From an uncultured Gemmatimonadales bacterium (GTDB lineage Bacteria; Gemmatimonadota; Gemmatimonadetes; Longimicrobiales; Longimicrobiaceae): DNA of 64,000 nucleotides. The notes below the pieces were generated by a model that saw nothing but the letters and a program-made list of their open reading frames with translations, had not been told where the DNA came from and searched no databases. The position numbers and the translations under genes were made by a program. Location: positions 5,920,001-5,984,000 of the forward strand of contig OY970303.1 in NCBI GenBank assembly GCA_963716255.1, in the 5' to 3' direction. Shown in pieces: positions 33,783-43,704 of the stretch (the first letter of the stretch is position 1; every line of letters begins with the position of its first letter).

Positions 33783-34496
33783 TCAGAAGTGGAGCGCCGC
33801 CCCGATGCTGACGGAGAAGTTGTGCGTCCACTCGGAGATCTTGGTCTCGCCGGCCAAATTGGCGATCTGCGTCGGCGCCTCGATCTTCCAGAAGTGGTCT
33901 CTCCCCTCCAGCCTCACCGACAGGCGGCGGGTCGGAAACCAGTCCGTCCCGGCGCCGAAGCCCAATGCAAACGAGGGGCCGAAGTCGTAGCGCGCCGTTT
34001 CCGCGATGTCGTCCTCCAGCTCCGAGCCGCGGGCGATGTCCGTCGCCAGCCCGCCCGAGGCCGCCACGAAGGGAGCCAGGCCGTTCCAGGTCCGCGGCCC
34101 CGTCAGGTGGAAGACGATCCCCCCCTCGCCCATGAGCAGCGCGACGCTCTCCTCGCCCACCTCCACGGGGACGGACAGGTCCGGGTTGGTCTCGTCGGTG
34201 GGGGCGTACACCCTGCGCTCGGTGGGGCTGAAGCCCACCCGCACCTCGCCGGAGAGCGGCCCGCCGAAGCGGATCTGGTAGCGCGCCGTCACCAGCGGGC
34301 CGGACTGCGGCCCGAACTCGATCTGCTCGTCGTTGATCTCCACCGCCGAGCTGGTGAACAGGTACCCGGCGGAGATCCCCACCGACTGCTTGGGGTCGAT
34401 GTAGCGGATGGGGGAGGGAATCGCCTGCGCCCGGAGGGCGGACCCGCACCCGAGCAGGGCGCCGAGGGCGAGGGCCGCGATGAGCGTGCGTCGCAT
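33783..34496 (-). CDS. putative outer-membrane beta-barrel protein
   Basis: Signal peptide, amphipathic strands (FALGFGAGTDWF, VRLEGRD), C-terminal Phe. Confidence 0.65.
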   Translation of the reverse strand: MRRTLIAALALGALLGCGSALRAQAIPSPIRYIDPKQSVGISAGYLFTSSAVEINDEQIEFGPQSGPLVTARYQIRFGGPLSGEVRVGFSPTERRVYAPTDETNPDLSVPVEVGEESVALLMGEGGIVFHLTGPRTWNGLAPFVAASGGLATDIARGSELEDDIAETARYDFGPSFALGFGAGTDWFPTRRLSVRLEGRDHFWKIEAPTQIANLAGETKISEWTHNFSVSIGAALHF

Positions 34497-34644
34497 GGTC
34501 TTCTTGTATGTGCGTGGTCGGCGTCCGCCCGCGGGCGGCGCCGGAAGTCTGACGGTCCCGGACGGGGTGCGTCCGGGACCGTTGTAACGTCGCGAAGCTA
34601 GTCTTTGTTCCCCCGCGCACGCAAGCCGCGCGCGGGGCGCCGGG

Positions 34645-36258
34645 CTAGCGGGCGCGTCGCAGGTCGCGGCCGGTCATCTCCGCCGGCTGCGGAACGCCCA
34701 GCAGACCCAGGATGGTGGGCGCCACGTCGCAGAGCGCGCCGGGCTCCAGCCCCGCCGCCGTGCGCCGCCCTTCCGGCTCCGCCAGGACGATCCCCACCGG
34801 ATTGGTGGTGTGGGCGGTGTGGGGGCCGTTGGTGGTGGGATCCCACATCTGCTCGCAGTTGCCGTGGTCCGCGGTGACGATCAGCGTGGTGTCCGTTTCT
34901 CGGCACGCCCGCAGCACGTCGCCCAGGCAGGCGTCCACCGTTTCCACGGCGCGGATCGCCGCCTCCAGCACGCCGGTGTGCCCCACCATGTCCGGGTTGG
35001 CGAAGTTGCACACCAGCACGTCGTGGCGCCGCGAGCGGATCGCCTCCACCAGCCCCTCCGCCACCGCGGGCGCGCTCATCTCCGGCTGCAGGTCGTACGT
35101 CGCCACCCTGGGCGAGGGGACCATGCGGCGCTCCTCGCCGGCGGGCGCTTCCTCCTCGCCCCCGTTGAAGAAGTAGGTGACGTGCGGGTACTTTTCCGTT
35201 TCCGCGGTGCGGAAGCCGGCGAGGCCGTGCGCCTCCAGCACCTCGGCCAGGATGTTGTCCATGGGCTGCGGGGGGAACGCCGCGGGGAGGGGGAACTCCT
35301 CGTCGTACTGCGTCATGGTGACCACCCGCACCCGCGGGTGCCCCGGCCCCCGGTCGAAGTCCGCGAACTCCGGGTCGGCGAGGGCGCGCGTCATCTGCCG
35401 GGCGCGGTCCGAGCGGAAGTTGAAGAAGATCACCCCGTCGCCGTCCCGGATCCGTCCCACCGGCTCGCCGGCCGCGTCCACCACCACCCGCGGCCGCACG
35501 AACTCGTCCGTCTCCCCCGCGGCGTACGCCTCCGCCACGGCGGCCACCGGGTCCGCCACCGGGACGCCGTCGCCGTACACCATCGCCCGGTACGCCTTCT
35601 CGGTGCGGTCCCAGCGACGGTCGCGGTCCATGGCCCAGTAGCGCCCGGTCACCGTGGCGATGGCGCACGCGAGGCCGTGGCCGGCGCGCCCGGCGAGCTC
35701 CGTCAGGTAGTCGCGCGCCGACTGCGGCGGGGTGTCGCGCCCGTCCAGGAAGGCGTGCACCCGCACCCGGGGGAGCCCGTGCCGCTCCGCCATCTCGCAG
35801 AGCGCCAGCAGGTGCGAGTCCACCGCGTGCACCCCGCCCGGCCCGATCAGCCCCATCAGGTGCAGCGTCCCCCCGCTCGCCTTCACCTCCCCGATCAGCT
35901 CCCCGAACGCCGGGATGCTCGCGAACTCGCCGCTCTCGATCGCGCGGGAGATGCGCAGCAGCGACTGCATCACCACCCGCCCCGCGCCCAGGTTCATGTG
36001 CCCCACCTCGGAGTTGCCCATCTGCCCCTCCGGGAGCCCCACCGCCGGGCCGTGGGTGGCCAGGGTGGCGCGCGGGTGCTCGCCGCCCTCCCACAGCCGG
36101 CGCCAGGTGGGCGCGTCGGCGCGGGTGACCGCGTTGTCGTCCGCCGGCTCGCGGAGCCCCCAGCCGTCCAGGATCACAAGCGCCACGCGCGGCCGGGAGG
36201 CGGCGCCGGACCCGGCGCTCGGGGCGTTCTCGGAGGGCGGGGACGGCTGCTCTTGCAT
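34645..36258 (-). CDS. gpmI: 2,3-bisphosphoglycerate-independent phosphoglycerate mutase
   Basis: LVILDGWG, QMGNSEVGHMNLGAGR, DGRD, MDRDRRW, AETEKYPHVT, NPDMVGHTG, TADHGN. Confidence 0.96.
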   Translation of the reverse strand: MQEQPSPPSENAPSAGSGAASRPRVALVILDGWGLREPADDNAVTRADAPTWRRLWEGGEHPRATLATHGPAVGLPEGQMGNSEVGHMNLGAGRVVMQSLLRISRAIESGEFASIPAFGELIGEVKASGGTLHLMGLIGPGGVHAVDSHLLALCEMAERHGLPRVRVHAFLDGRDTPPQSARDYLTELAGRAGHGLACAIATVTGRYWAMDRDRRWDRTEKAYRAMVYGDGVPVADPVAAVAEAYAAGETDEFVRPRVVVDAAGEPVGRIRDGDGVIFFNFRSDRARQMTRALADPEFADFDRGPGHPRVRVVTMTQYDEEFPLPAAFPPQPMDNILAEVLEAHGLAGFRTAETEKYPHVTYFFNGGEEEAPAGEERRMVPSPRVATYDLQPEMSAPAVAEGLVEAIRSRRHDVLVCNFANPDMVGHTGVLEAAIRAVETVDACLGDVLRACRETDTTLIVTADHGNCEQMWDPTTNGPHTAHTTNPVGIVLAEPEGRRTAAGLEPGALCDVAPTILGLLGVPQPAEMTGRDLRRAR

Positions 36259-36291
36259 GGCGCGCGAGGGGGGAAGCAGGCGAAGGGTCGG

Positions 36292-36320
36292 TTGACAGAG
36301 GGCGGGGCCCTGCCTACACT
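36292..36320 (+). promoter_or_regulatory. sigma-70-type promoter
   Basis: TTGACA-N17-TACACT upstream of the SH3-like gene. Confidence 0.6.
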
Positions 36321-36385
36321 GGACTGTACCGCCGCGAGAATCTACACGCCCCCGCGGGGGCGTGCCACCCCGAAGGAACCCCCCG

Positions 36386-36961
36386 GTGCGGTCCCTGAAG
36401 CTCCCGTTTTTCCTGCTCCTCGTGGCGCAGGCCGCGACCGCCGTTCCCGCCCGCGCGCAGGCCGCGCCCGCGAAGCCGGCCGCCGCGCCCGCCGCGCGCG
36501 TGGTCCTCCAGGCCGCGCCGGACGGCGACACGCTCGCCGTGCTCCCCGCGGGGACGCGGGTGCAGGCGCTGGGGCGGCGGGGGGAGTGGACGCGGGTGCG
36601 CGTGGAGGGGTGGACGCGCTCGCCGGTCCCCGGCGCCCCGGCGGCGGGGCTCACCCCCTCGCTGCTGCGCGCCGAGCCGGAGGCGCACCGCGGGCAGAGC
36701 GTCGCCTGGTCGGCGCGCTTCCTGGCGCTGCAGCGCGCCGACCCGGTCCGCACCGACTTCACCCCCGGCGAGCTGTACGTGCTGGCGCGCGACCCGAACG
36801 AAGAGGCCGGCTTCGTGTACATCGCGGTGACGCCCGAGCAGGCGCTCGCCGTGCGGCGCCTGCTTCCCATGCAGAAGTTCACCTTCGTGGCGCGCGTCCG
36901 CCACGGGGCCTCGCCGCTGATGGGCCACCCCGTCCTGGAGCTGGTGGAGCTTCGCCCCTGA
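36386..36961 (+). CDS. secreted protein with bacterial SH3-like domain
   Basis: Signal peptide; LAVLPAGTRVQALGRRGEWTRVRVEGW. Confidence 0.6.
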   Translation: MRSLKLPFFLLLVAQAATAVPARAQAAPAKPAAAPAARVVLQAAPDGDTLAVLPAGTRVQALGRRGEWTRVRVEGWTRSPVPGAPAAGLTPSLLRAEPEAHRGQSVAWSARFLALQRADPVRTDFTPGELYVLARDPNEEAGFVYIAVTPEQALAVRRLLPMQKFTFVARVRHGASPLMGHPVLELVELRP

Positions 36962-37017
36962 CCTCCGCTCCGTCCCGCACCGCCGATCCGCCGCCGTACC
37001 CCAACGCAGGAGCCCCG

Positions 37018-38091
37018 ATGCCCCGTTTCCGTCCCCTGCCCGGTCTCGCCGCGTCCGTCGCCGCCGCGCTCGCGCTGGGCGCCGCCCCCGGCCTCGCCGC
37101 CGCCGGCGCGCCCGTCTCCGCTTCGCGCTCCACCGCTTCCGACTCGCTGAAGCCCGTCGTGGTGCGCGTCGCGCCCCGCGCCTTCGGGCGGAGCGGCGCC
37201 CTGCGCGTGGCCATCGCGGACCCGGCGCAGCCGCTGGAGCTGCCGCTGCTGTGGGAGGGCTCCACGCAGGCGCCCGCCACGTACGCGTGGAGCCCGCTGG
37301 CGGGGACGCAGGTGGCGCCGAGCGGGCCCCGGCTGCTGGGATCGCCGGTGGGCGCGGGCCGGCTGGCGGGCGAGCCCATCGCCGGGAACACGGTGAGCGC
37401 CCCCGCGGGCTCCGGCGCCTGGCGCCTGCTGCTCCGCGGCGAGGGGTGGAGCCAGGAAGTGGCGGATCTGACGGTGCTGACGCGCGTTCCCTTCGCCGCC
37501 AAGCGCGCCGGGTACGTCAACGGCTACTTCCTGGGGAGCTGGTCCACCGAGGGGAGCGGCCGCGTGGACAGCTACGCGCCGCCGGCCGGCTTCATCGAGG
37601 TGACGCCCGAAAACCAGGACCTGCAGGTGTCCGAGCACTTCCGGCTGCGCAACTTCCTCACCAAGAACCAGTTCGCCGTGTGGCCCAAGTACGTCGCGCT
37701 GGACCTGCGGCTCATCGACAAGCTGGAGCTGGTGATGCAGGAGCTGCGCGCCATGGGGATGCGCGCCGACCACATGGCGGTGATGAGCGGCTTCCGCACC
37801 CCATCGTACAACCAGGAGGGGGTGGGCGAGGGCGGCCGGGCGCAGCTCTCCCGCCACACCTACGGCGACGCGTCGGACGTGTGGGTGGACAGCGACCAGG
37901 ACAACTACATCGACGACCTCAACCAGGACGGCCGCCGCGACGTGCACGACGCCGAGGTGATGCTGCGCGCCGTGGAGCGGGTGGAGGCGCGGCACCCGGA
38001 GCTGATCGGCGGGGCGGGGGTGTACCTGGAGAACGGCGCCCACGGGCCGTTCATCCACATCGACGTTCGGGGGTCGCGGTCGCGCTGGTAG
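37018..38091 (+). CDS. secreted peptidase M15A-like (D-Ala-D-Ala carboxypeptidase/YcbK-like)
   Basis: SEHFRL, MSGFRTPSYN, SRHTYGDASD, FIHIDVRG...W. Confidence 0.78.
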   Translation: MPRFRPLPGLAASVAAALALGAAPGLAAAGAPVSASRSTASDSLKPVVVRVAPRAFGRSGALRVAIADPAQPLELPLLWEGSTQAPATYAWSPLAGTQVAPSGPRLLGSPVGAGRLAGEPIAGNTVSAPAGSGAWRLLLRGEGWSQEVADLTVLTRVPFAAKRAGYVNGYFLGSWSTEGSGRVDSYAPPAGFIEVTPENQDLQVSEHFRLRNFLTKNQFAVWPKYVALDLRLIDKLELVMQELRAMGMRADHMAVMSGFRTPSYNQEGVGEGGRAQLSRHTYGDASDVWVDSDQDNYIDDLNQDGRRDVHDAEVMLRAVERVEARHPELIGGAGVYLENGAHGPFIHIDVRGSRSRW

Positions 38092-38180
38092 CGGGGTTCT
38101 TTCGATCTTTGGTCGGTTGCGGGAGCCTGTCCGGTGGGTCGTCGGGCGGGCTCCTGTGTGTTTCTGCGGGGATTGGTGGG

Positions 38181-38329
38181 CCGCTACGGAGCCGGACGAT
38201 ACTGCCGTCCGTCTCCTCCGCGGGCTCGGCGAGCCCCCGCAAACAGCCGCGGGGTCTCACCTCGCCGGAGTGAGCCTCGCCAAACTGCCGGCGAGTCTCC
38301 CTCCGTACCGGATCATGTGGGTACTGCAG
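38181..38329 (+). repeat. Structured repeat family A, copy A4
   Basis: Three hairpin modules, conserved termini. Confidence 0.9.
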
Positions 38330-38568
38330 AACTGCGAACCGCACCCGTACCGCGAGGTCCCCTGTCGGTGCCGTGGCGTGCTTCGTTCCGCCGTTCACGT
38401 TCGCACTCGTGCTTCCCGCGGCGCGTGCCTTGCGGCCACCGTGGAGCCCCCCGCGGCGATGCGTCGTCGGATGAATCTTTTTGCGGCGACGGTCGTATCA
38501 GAGGGACGTAGGCGGGCCGGATCCATCCAACTTCGAATCGACGCCGCGCGGCGCGGCGGGAGCCGATA

Positions 38569-39426
38569 ATGTACTGTTCCACCTGTGGGGCCCACGTGCC
38601 GGCGGGACGCGCGCACTGCACCACCTGCGGCTCGTCCGTGAATGGTGCGTCGAACGGCGCCCAGCCGGGGTACGGCGTGCAGCCCGGGTACGGGGCGCAG
38701 CCCGCGTACAACGCGCAGCCGGCGTACGCGCCTGCCGCGCGGCCGGGCGGACAGGTGCAGCCCGCGCTGGTGGGGCACACCTGCCCGCGCTGCGGATACG
38801 TGGGGGAGGGGGTGTCCTACTTCTCCAAGGGGTCGCACATCGCGGGGCTCGTGGCGCTGGGGATGATCAGCTGGCTGGTGTTCAGCCTGGTCTACTTCCT
38901 TTCCTTCCACAACCACACCATCTGCCCCCGCTGCGGCAAGGACTGGGGGCACCAGAGGGACTACCCGCGCATCGGGAGCGGCGGGGTGCAGCCGGCGGTG
39001 GTGTCGTCCGGGCGCGCCTCGGTGGCGAACGGCTTCTCCATCGCCCTGTTCCTGTTCGCGGCCCTCATGATGGTGGTGGCGGTGGGAGCCGGCGAGGTCC
39101 TGCCGGCGATGTTCGGGCTGGCGGCGGCGGGCGGGGGGGCGGGGCTGCAGACCATTGCGCGCAGGGAGCGCGAGGCGCGCCGGGCGGCGCTGCTCTCCAA
39201 CCTGCAGCTGCCGGTGCTGGCGCTCGCGGCGGAGCGGCGCGGGCGGCTGACGGTGACGGAAACGGCGGCGGCGCTGGGGTGGCCGCTGCCGCGCGCGGAA
39301 AAGGTGCTGAACTCGCTGGAGGACGGGCTGCGGGTGAACTCGGAGGTGACGGAGGAGGGGGTGATCGTGTACGAGTTCCGGGAGCTGGCGCACGGGGGGC
39401 GGACGCTCCCGCCCCCGGTGGCGTAG
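38569..39426 (+). CDS. membrane protein with multiple CxxC zinc-ribbon motifs
   Basis: CSTC/CTTC, CPRC x2, (A/V)QP(G/A)Y tandem repeats, hydrophobic helices. Confidence 0.65.
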   Translation: MYCSTCGAHVPAGRAHCTTCGSSVNGASNGAQPGYGVQPGYGAQPAYNAQPAYAPAARPGGQVQPALVGHTCPRCGYVGEGVSYFSKGSHIAGLVALGMISWLVFSLVYFLSFHNHTICPRCGKDWGHQRDYPRIGSGGVQPAVVSSGRASVANGFSIALFLFAALMMVVAVGAGEVLPAMFGLAAAGGGAGLQTIARREREARRAALLSNLQLPVLALAAERRGRLTVTETAAALGWPLPRAEKVLNSLEDGLRVNSEVTEEGVIVYEFRELAHGGRTLPPPVA

Positions 39427-39444
39427 GCGCCCCGGGCGCCGGGG

Positions 39445-40362
39445 TCAGGGGGCCAGGTCGCCCTCTTCGACCCCGGTGCTGCCGGCGCGCTTGACGCGCC
39501 CCTTCAGCTCCGCGACGCGCTCTCCCAGGTGGTCCAGGGAGATCCAGCGCGCGGGGTCCACGCGGAGGACGGCGGCGGAAAGACGCGGGAGCGCGAACTC
39601 CCGGGTCCTTCCCTCGCGGTCCTCCGCGCGGTACTTTCCGGAACGGACGGCGTCGTCGGGGAGGTAGCGCACCAGCCGCTCGGCGAACTCCGTCTGCACC
39701 TGCCGGGCGAGCTCCGGGGTGCGCTCCTGCTCCGCCAGCAGGACGAAGTCGTCGCCGCCCACGTGGCCCACGAACACCCCCGGCTCCTCCCCCGCCTCGT
39801 GGAGGATGCGCCCGGCCTCCTGGATGGCCATGTCGGCCACCGCGAAGCCGAAGCGGTCGGAGAAGGGCTTGAAGTTGTCCAGGTCCAGGTAGCACACGGA
39901 AAACGGCTTCCCCCGGTCGCGGCAGCGCAGGATCTCGGCGTGGATGGACTCGCCGCCGGGGAGCCCGGTGGTGGGGTTGCGCTCCAGCGACTGCCGCGAC
40001 AGGCGAAGCAGGGCCCGCACGCGCGCCACCAGCTCGCGCGGGTCGAAGGGCTTGCCCAGGTAGTCGTCGGCCCCGGCGTCGAACCCCTCCAGCCGGTTCT
40101 CCAGGCGCCCCTCGCCGGTGAGGATCAGCACGGGAAGGAAGCTGAGCCGCGGGTCGGCCTTGACCTCGCGGCACACCTCGAAGCCGTCCGGCTTCCCCAT
40201 GCGGTAGTCCAGGAGGAGCAGGTCGGGCGCGCGGCGCCGCACCTCCACCAGCGCCGCGCTGCCGCTTTCCACGGCGCGCACGGCGAAGCCCGCCGCCCGC
40301 AGCGTCGCCGCGATCATCTCCCGGAACGAGCTGTCGTCGTCCGCCAGCAGGATCTCGCTCAT
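39445..40362 (-). CDS. response regulator with GGDEF-like domain (GGDDF)
   Basis: ILLADDD, LLDYRM, KPF; NPTTGLPG, DLDNFK, HVGGDDF. Confidence 0.85.
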   Translation of the reverse strand: MSEILLADDDSSFREMIAATLRAAGFAVRAVESGSAALVEVRRRAPDLLLLDYRMGKPDGFEVCREVKADPRLSFLPVLILTGEGRLENRLEGFDAGADDYLGKPFDPRELVARVRALLRLSRQSLERNPTTGLPGGESIHAEILRCRDRGKPFSVCYLDLDNFKPFSDRFGFAVADMAIQEAGRILHEAGEEPGVFVGHVGGDDFVLLAEQERTPELARQVQTEFAERLVRYLPDDAVRSGKYRAEDREGRTREFALPRLSAAVLRVDPARWISLDHLGERVAELKGRVKRAGSTGVEEGDLAP

Positions 40363-40381
40363 CTTCCCCACGTACGGAATC

Positions 40382-41932
40382 GTGATCCCGGCTTCACCAC
40401 TCCCGTTCCCCGGCGCCGCGAGGCTTCCGCGCGCTGCGCGCGCCGCGGCGCTCCTGCTCGCCCTGGGCGCGGCCGCGCTCCCGGCGCATGCGCAGCAAGG
40501 TACGTCTGCGCCTGCCTCCGTGTCCACCCGCGCGGGCGACGCGTCGGCGTCGGCGCTGGCGCGCCGCATCGAGACCGTGGTGGACCGGGCCCCCTTCGAC
40601 CGGGCGCACTGGGGGATCGAGGTGTGGGACCCGTCCACGGGCGAGCCCATCTACCGGCGCGACGCGGACCGTCACTTCGTCCCCGCGTCCAACCTCAAGC
40701 TGGTGGTGTCCGCCGCCGCGGCGCACCTCCTGGGCCCGGACTTCCGCTACCGGACCACGGTGTACGCGGGCGGCCCCGTGCAGGGCGGAGCGCTCCAGGG
40801 CGACGTGGTCCTCTTCGGCCGCGGCGATCCCACGATCTCGGGGCGCTACTTCGCCTCTGCGACGGCGGTGCTGGACTCGCTGGCGGACGTGCTGTACCGC
40901 CAGGGGGTGCGGCGCGTGGCCGGCGTCACGGCGGACGAGAGCCACTTCGACGCGGCGCACCTGCGCGAGGACTGGGAGCGCTACGACCTGCTCTGGTGGT
41001 ACGCGGCGCCGGTGGGCGCGCTGGGGTTCAACGACAACTCCATCGACTTCCGCGTGGAGCCCGGGGCGCAGCCCGGCGATGCGGCGCGCGTCACCGGCTC
41101 GCCGGCGAGCGCCTTCTGGCAGCTGGAAAACCGCGCCCGCACCGTGGCGCGCGGGAGGGCGCAGACGCTGGACTTCGAGCGGGTGCCCGGGACCAACCGC
41201 ATCCTGGCCTACGGCGAGATCCCCCGCGGCGCCGCCGCTTCCACGGAGTACGTGGCGGTGGTGGACCCGGCGCGGGTCGTGGGCACGGTGTTCCGCGAGG
41301 CGCTGGAGCGCCGCGGGATCCGCGTGGACCGCGCGGAGGTGCGGGTGGTCTCGGACCCGGCGCAGTCGCGCGCGGCCGGGTCCCCGGTGCTGGCGGAGCA
41401 CGTGTCGCCGCCGCTGCCGCAGGTGATCGGGCCCATCCTGGGGAGCAGCCAGAACTGGTTCGCGGAATTGCTGGTGAAGACGCTGGGCCGCGAGATGAAG
41501 GGCGAGGGGAGCTGGAGCGCGGGGCTGGCGGTGGAGCGCGAGTTCCTGGAGCAGGTGGTGGGCGTCGATTCCGCGGCGTTCGTGCTGCGCGACGGCTCCG
41601 GCCTGTCGTCGGGAAACCTGGTCACCCCGGAGATGCTGGTGAAGCTGCTCGCGTGGGCGCGCACCGCGCCCCGCGGCGCCCTGGTGCGCGACGCGCTGCC
41701 GGTGTCCGGCCGCTCCGGCTCCCTCAGGTCGCGCCTCACCGACCTCCCCGGCCGGGTGGCCGCCAAGACCGGCTATATCGGCAACGTGGACTCGCTGAGC
41801 GGCTACGTGACGCTCGCCGACGGGCGCGTGGTGGTGTTCAGCGTGATCGCCAACGCGTCCGGGCTGCCCTCGTCGCGGATGAAGGGCGCCATCGACGACG
41901 TGGTGCGCGCCATCGCCTCGTACGGCCGCTGA
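40382..41932 (+). CDS. dacB: D-alanyl-D-alanine carboxypeptidase/endopeptidase PBP4 (S13)
   Basis: PASNLK, GRGDPT, SQN, DGSGLS, AKTGY. Confidence 0.92.
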   Translation: MIPASPLPFPGAARLPRAARAAALLLALGAAALPAHAQQGTSAPASVSTRAGDASASALARRIETVVDRAPFDRAHWGIEVWDPSTGEPIYRRDADRHFVPASNLKLVVSAAAAHLLGPDFRYRTTVYAGGPVQGGALQGDVVLFGRGDPTISGRYFASATAVLDSLADVLYRQGVRRVAGVTADESHFDAAHLREDWERYDLLWWYAAPVGALGFNDNSIDFRVEPGAQPGDAARVTGSPASAFWQLENRARTVARGRAQTLDFERVPGTNRILAYGEIPRGAAASTEYVAVVDPARVVGTVFREALERRGIRVDRAEVRVVSDPAQSRAAGSPVLAEHVSPPLPQVIGPILGSSQNWFAELLVKTLGREMKGEGSWSAGLAVEREFLEQVVGVDSAAFVLRDGSGLSSGNLVTPEMLVKLLAWARTAPRGALVRDALPVSGRSGSLRSRLTDLPGRVAAKTGYIGNVDSLSGYVTLADGRVVVFSVIANASGLPSSRMKGAIDDVVRAIASYGR

Positions 41933-42154
41933 TCCGCCTCCTCCTGTCTCTCGCGGCTGGCAGAGTTCCACGACGACCCGCTTCGGCAGGCTCCGGGTAT
42001 GGGGTCGGCCAGGGGAGGCTGCTCCGTCGGTGCGAACTCGCCGAGGACCGGAGCGAGCCTTCGATACCTGTTGGCTCGGACATACGCTCTCCTGCGCAGC
42101 CTCCCCTGACCTCCCTGCGCAGATCCCAACGGCAACAACCCGACCTTCGACCAG

Positions 42155-42241
42155 CCCTCCCCCAGAATGGCGCTTCACGCTTCGCGTGAACCGTATGAAG
42201 GGGGAGGGTGGCGAGCCTCAAGCGAGCCGGGTGGGGGCCCT
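42155..42241. repeat. Variant accessory hairpin element (C') adjoining B3
   Basis: CCCTCCCCC...GGGGGAGGG then GGCGAGCC..GCGAGCCGGGTGGGGGCCC, as at 48188 and 51113. Confidence 0.6.
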
Positions 42242-42265
42242 CCCGCGGACGCCAGCACCAGCCCT

Positions 42266-42392
42266 GCGTGAGGGATACGAGCGCGAAGCGGCGAGACCCG
42301 CGGGCAGTTTCGCGGGGCTCGCCTCCGTTACGCACGGTTGTTTCGTGCGTTACGGAGCCGCAGCCCGACCCGGCGCCAGCCGGGGCACGCCC
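42266..42392 (-). repeat. Structured repeat family B, copy B3
   Basis: GCGTGAGGGAT...GGGGCACGCCC. Confidence 0.9.
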
Positions 42393-42483
42393 GAACCCGC
42401 CTTCAGAGCCGTCCCTCCCGCCGCTACATCCTTCCCGCAACGCTATTTAACACCCCGGCGTAGTCAAGCATGCGCGCCATTAT

Positions 42484-42523
42484 GTAAAACAAGCTTGACT
42501 TAAAGTCTACGACGCTTTACTTT
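42484..42523 (+). promoter_or_regulatory. sigma-70 promoter overlapped by two imperfect GTMAAG-N4-CTTKAC palindromes (putative XRE operators)
   Basis: TTGACT(42495)-N17-TACTTT(42518); GTAAAACAAGCTTGAC and GTCTACGACGCTTTAC. Confidence 0.55.
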
Positions 42524-42563
42524 GATGCCACGCCGGCAATTGATCGATACGAAACGGGGGACC

Positions 42564-42932
42564 ATGAAGAGCTCCATCCGCCGCGAGCGAGAGAAGAAGT
42601 GGATCATGCCCGGGATCATGGGGGGGATCACCGGGGCCATGGCAGCGAGCCGAGGGACGGTCTGGCTGTCGCAGGCGCAGCTGACGGTGTTCGGGCTGCT
42701 GCTGCTCGCCGTGCTGGTCTTTCACCTGTGGCGCTCCGACGAGCTGGAGCGGAAGCTCTCCCACGTGGCGGCCACCGTGGCGTTCGTGGGAACGGGGCTG
42801 GTGACGCTGGTCTACGGGCACCTCCAGGCGTCGGGCCTCCAGACACCCAACTGGGGCTTCCTCTTCCCGGTGATGATGGGGTTCTACATCCTGGCGTTGT
42901 GGGTCGGCATGATCCGCTACCGATACCGATGA
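42564..42932 (+). CDS. small membrane protein, paralog 1
   Basis: Four hydrophobic segments; LWRSDELERKL shared with paralog 2. Confidence 0.7.
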   Translation: MKSSIRREREKKWIMPGIMGGITGAMAASRGTVWLSQAQLTVFGLLLLAVLVFHLWRSDELERKLSHVAATVAFVGTGLVTLVYGHLQASGLQTPNWGFLFPVMMGFYILALWVGMIRYRYR

Positions 42933-43108
42933 GGAACCGCCTGCGGGTGCTCCGCGCGGAGCGCGGCTGGACCCAGGCCGACCTGGCGGACCGGCTGGAG
43001 GTGTCGCGGCAGACGGTGAGCGCGGTGGAGACGGGCAGTTGCGCCCCGAGCCGGCGAGGTCGCCCCGCCCGACCCACGCAAGGCAACGAACCCGGACCAC
43101 GCAGATGA
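42929..43108 (+). pseudogene. truncated XRE-family HTH regulator (copy 1)
   Basis: MRNRLRVLRAERGWTQADLADRLEVSRQTVSAVETG then diverges; lacks the YDPSLPLAF..F C-terminal helices of copy 2. Confidence 0.7.
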
Positions 43109-43491
43109 AGAGAGCCACGCGGCGGGCACTGGAGAAGTGGATCGCGCCCGGAATCCTGGGGGGAGTGACGGGTTTCGTCGTGGGCCTGATGACCGAGGAT
43201 CCGGGCAACCCTCTGCTCGACCCCACGACGGCGCAGATGCAGGTGCTGACGGCGGGCGGGGTGCTGCTTCTGGGTGTGGCGGCGTACGACCTGTGGCGCT
43301 CGGACGAGCTGGAGCGGCGGCTGTACCACGTGGCCGCGACCACGGCTTTCCTGGGGACGGGGCTGGTCACCCTGGTCTACGGGCTCATGCAGCGGATGGG
43401 GTGGCCGGAGCTCAACTGGAGCGTCGCCTTCCTGGTGCTGATCGGGTTCTACTGCGCGGGGTGGTGGGGCGCCTGGCTGCGCTACCGATGA
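43105..43491 (+). CDS. small membrane protein, paralog 2
   Basis: Homologous to 42564-42932 (KWI.PGI.GG.TG, LWRSDELER, GTGLVTLVYG, RYR). Confidence 0.72.
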   Translation: MKRATRRALEKWIAPGILGGVTGFVVGLMTEDPGNPLLDPTTAQMQVLTAGGVLLLGVAAYDLWRSDELERRLYHVAATTAFLGTGLVTLVYGLMQRMGWPELNWSVAFLVLIGFYCAGWWGAWLRYR

Positions 43492-43694
43492 GGAACCGCC
43501 TGCGGGTGCTGCGGGCGGAGCGCGGCTGGACCCAGGCCGACCTGGCGGACCGGCTGGACGTGTCGCGGCAGACGGTGAACGCGCTGGAGACGGGCAAGTA
43601 CGACCCCAGCCTTCCGCTGGCCTTCCGGATCGCGCGGGTGTTCGGCGGCAGCATCGAGGAGGTCTTCCAGCCCGACGACGAGCCGGGCGGGTAA
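43488..43694 (+). CDS. XRE-family helix-turn-helix transcriptional regulator
   Basis: MRNRLRVLRAERGWTQADLA...VSRQTVNALETGKYDPSLPLAFRIARVF. Confidence 0.9.
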   Translation: MRNRLRVLRAERGWTQADLADRLDVSRQTVNALETGKYDPSLPLAFRIARVFGGSIEEVFQPDDEPGG

Positions 43695-43704
43695 GGGAGG
43701 GGAC

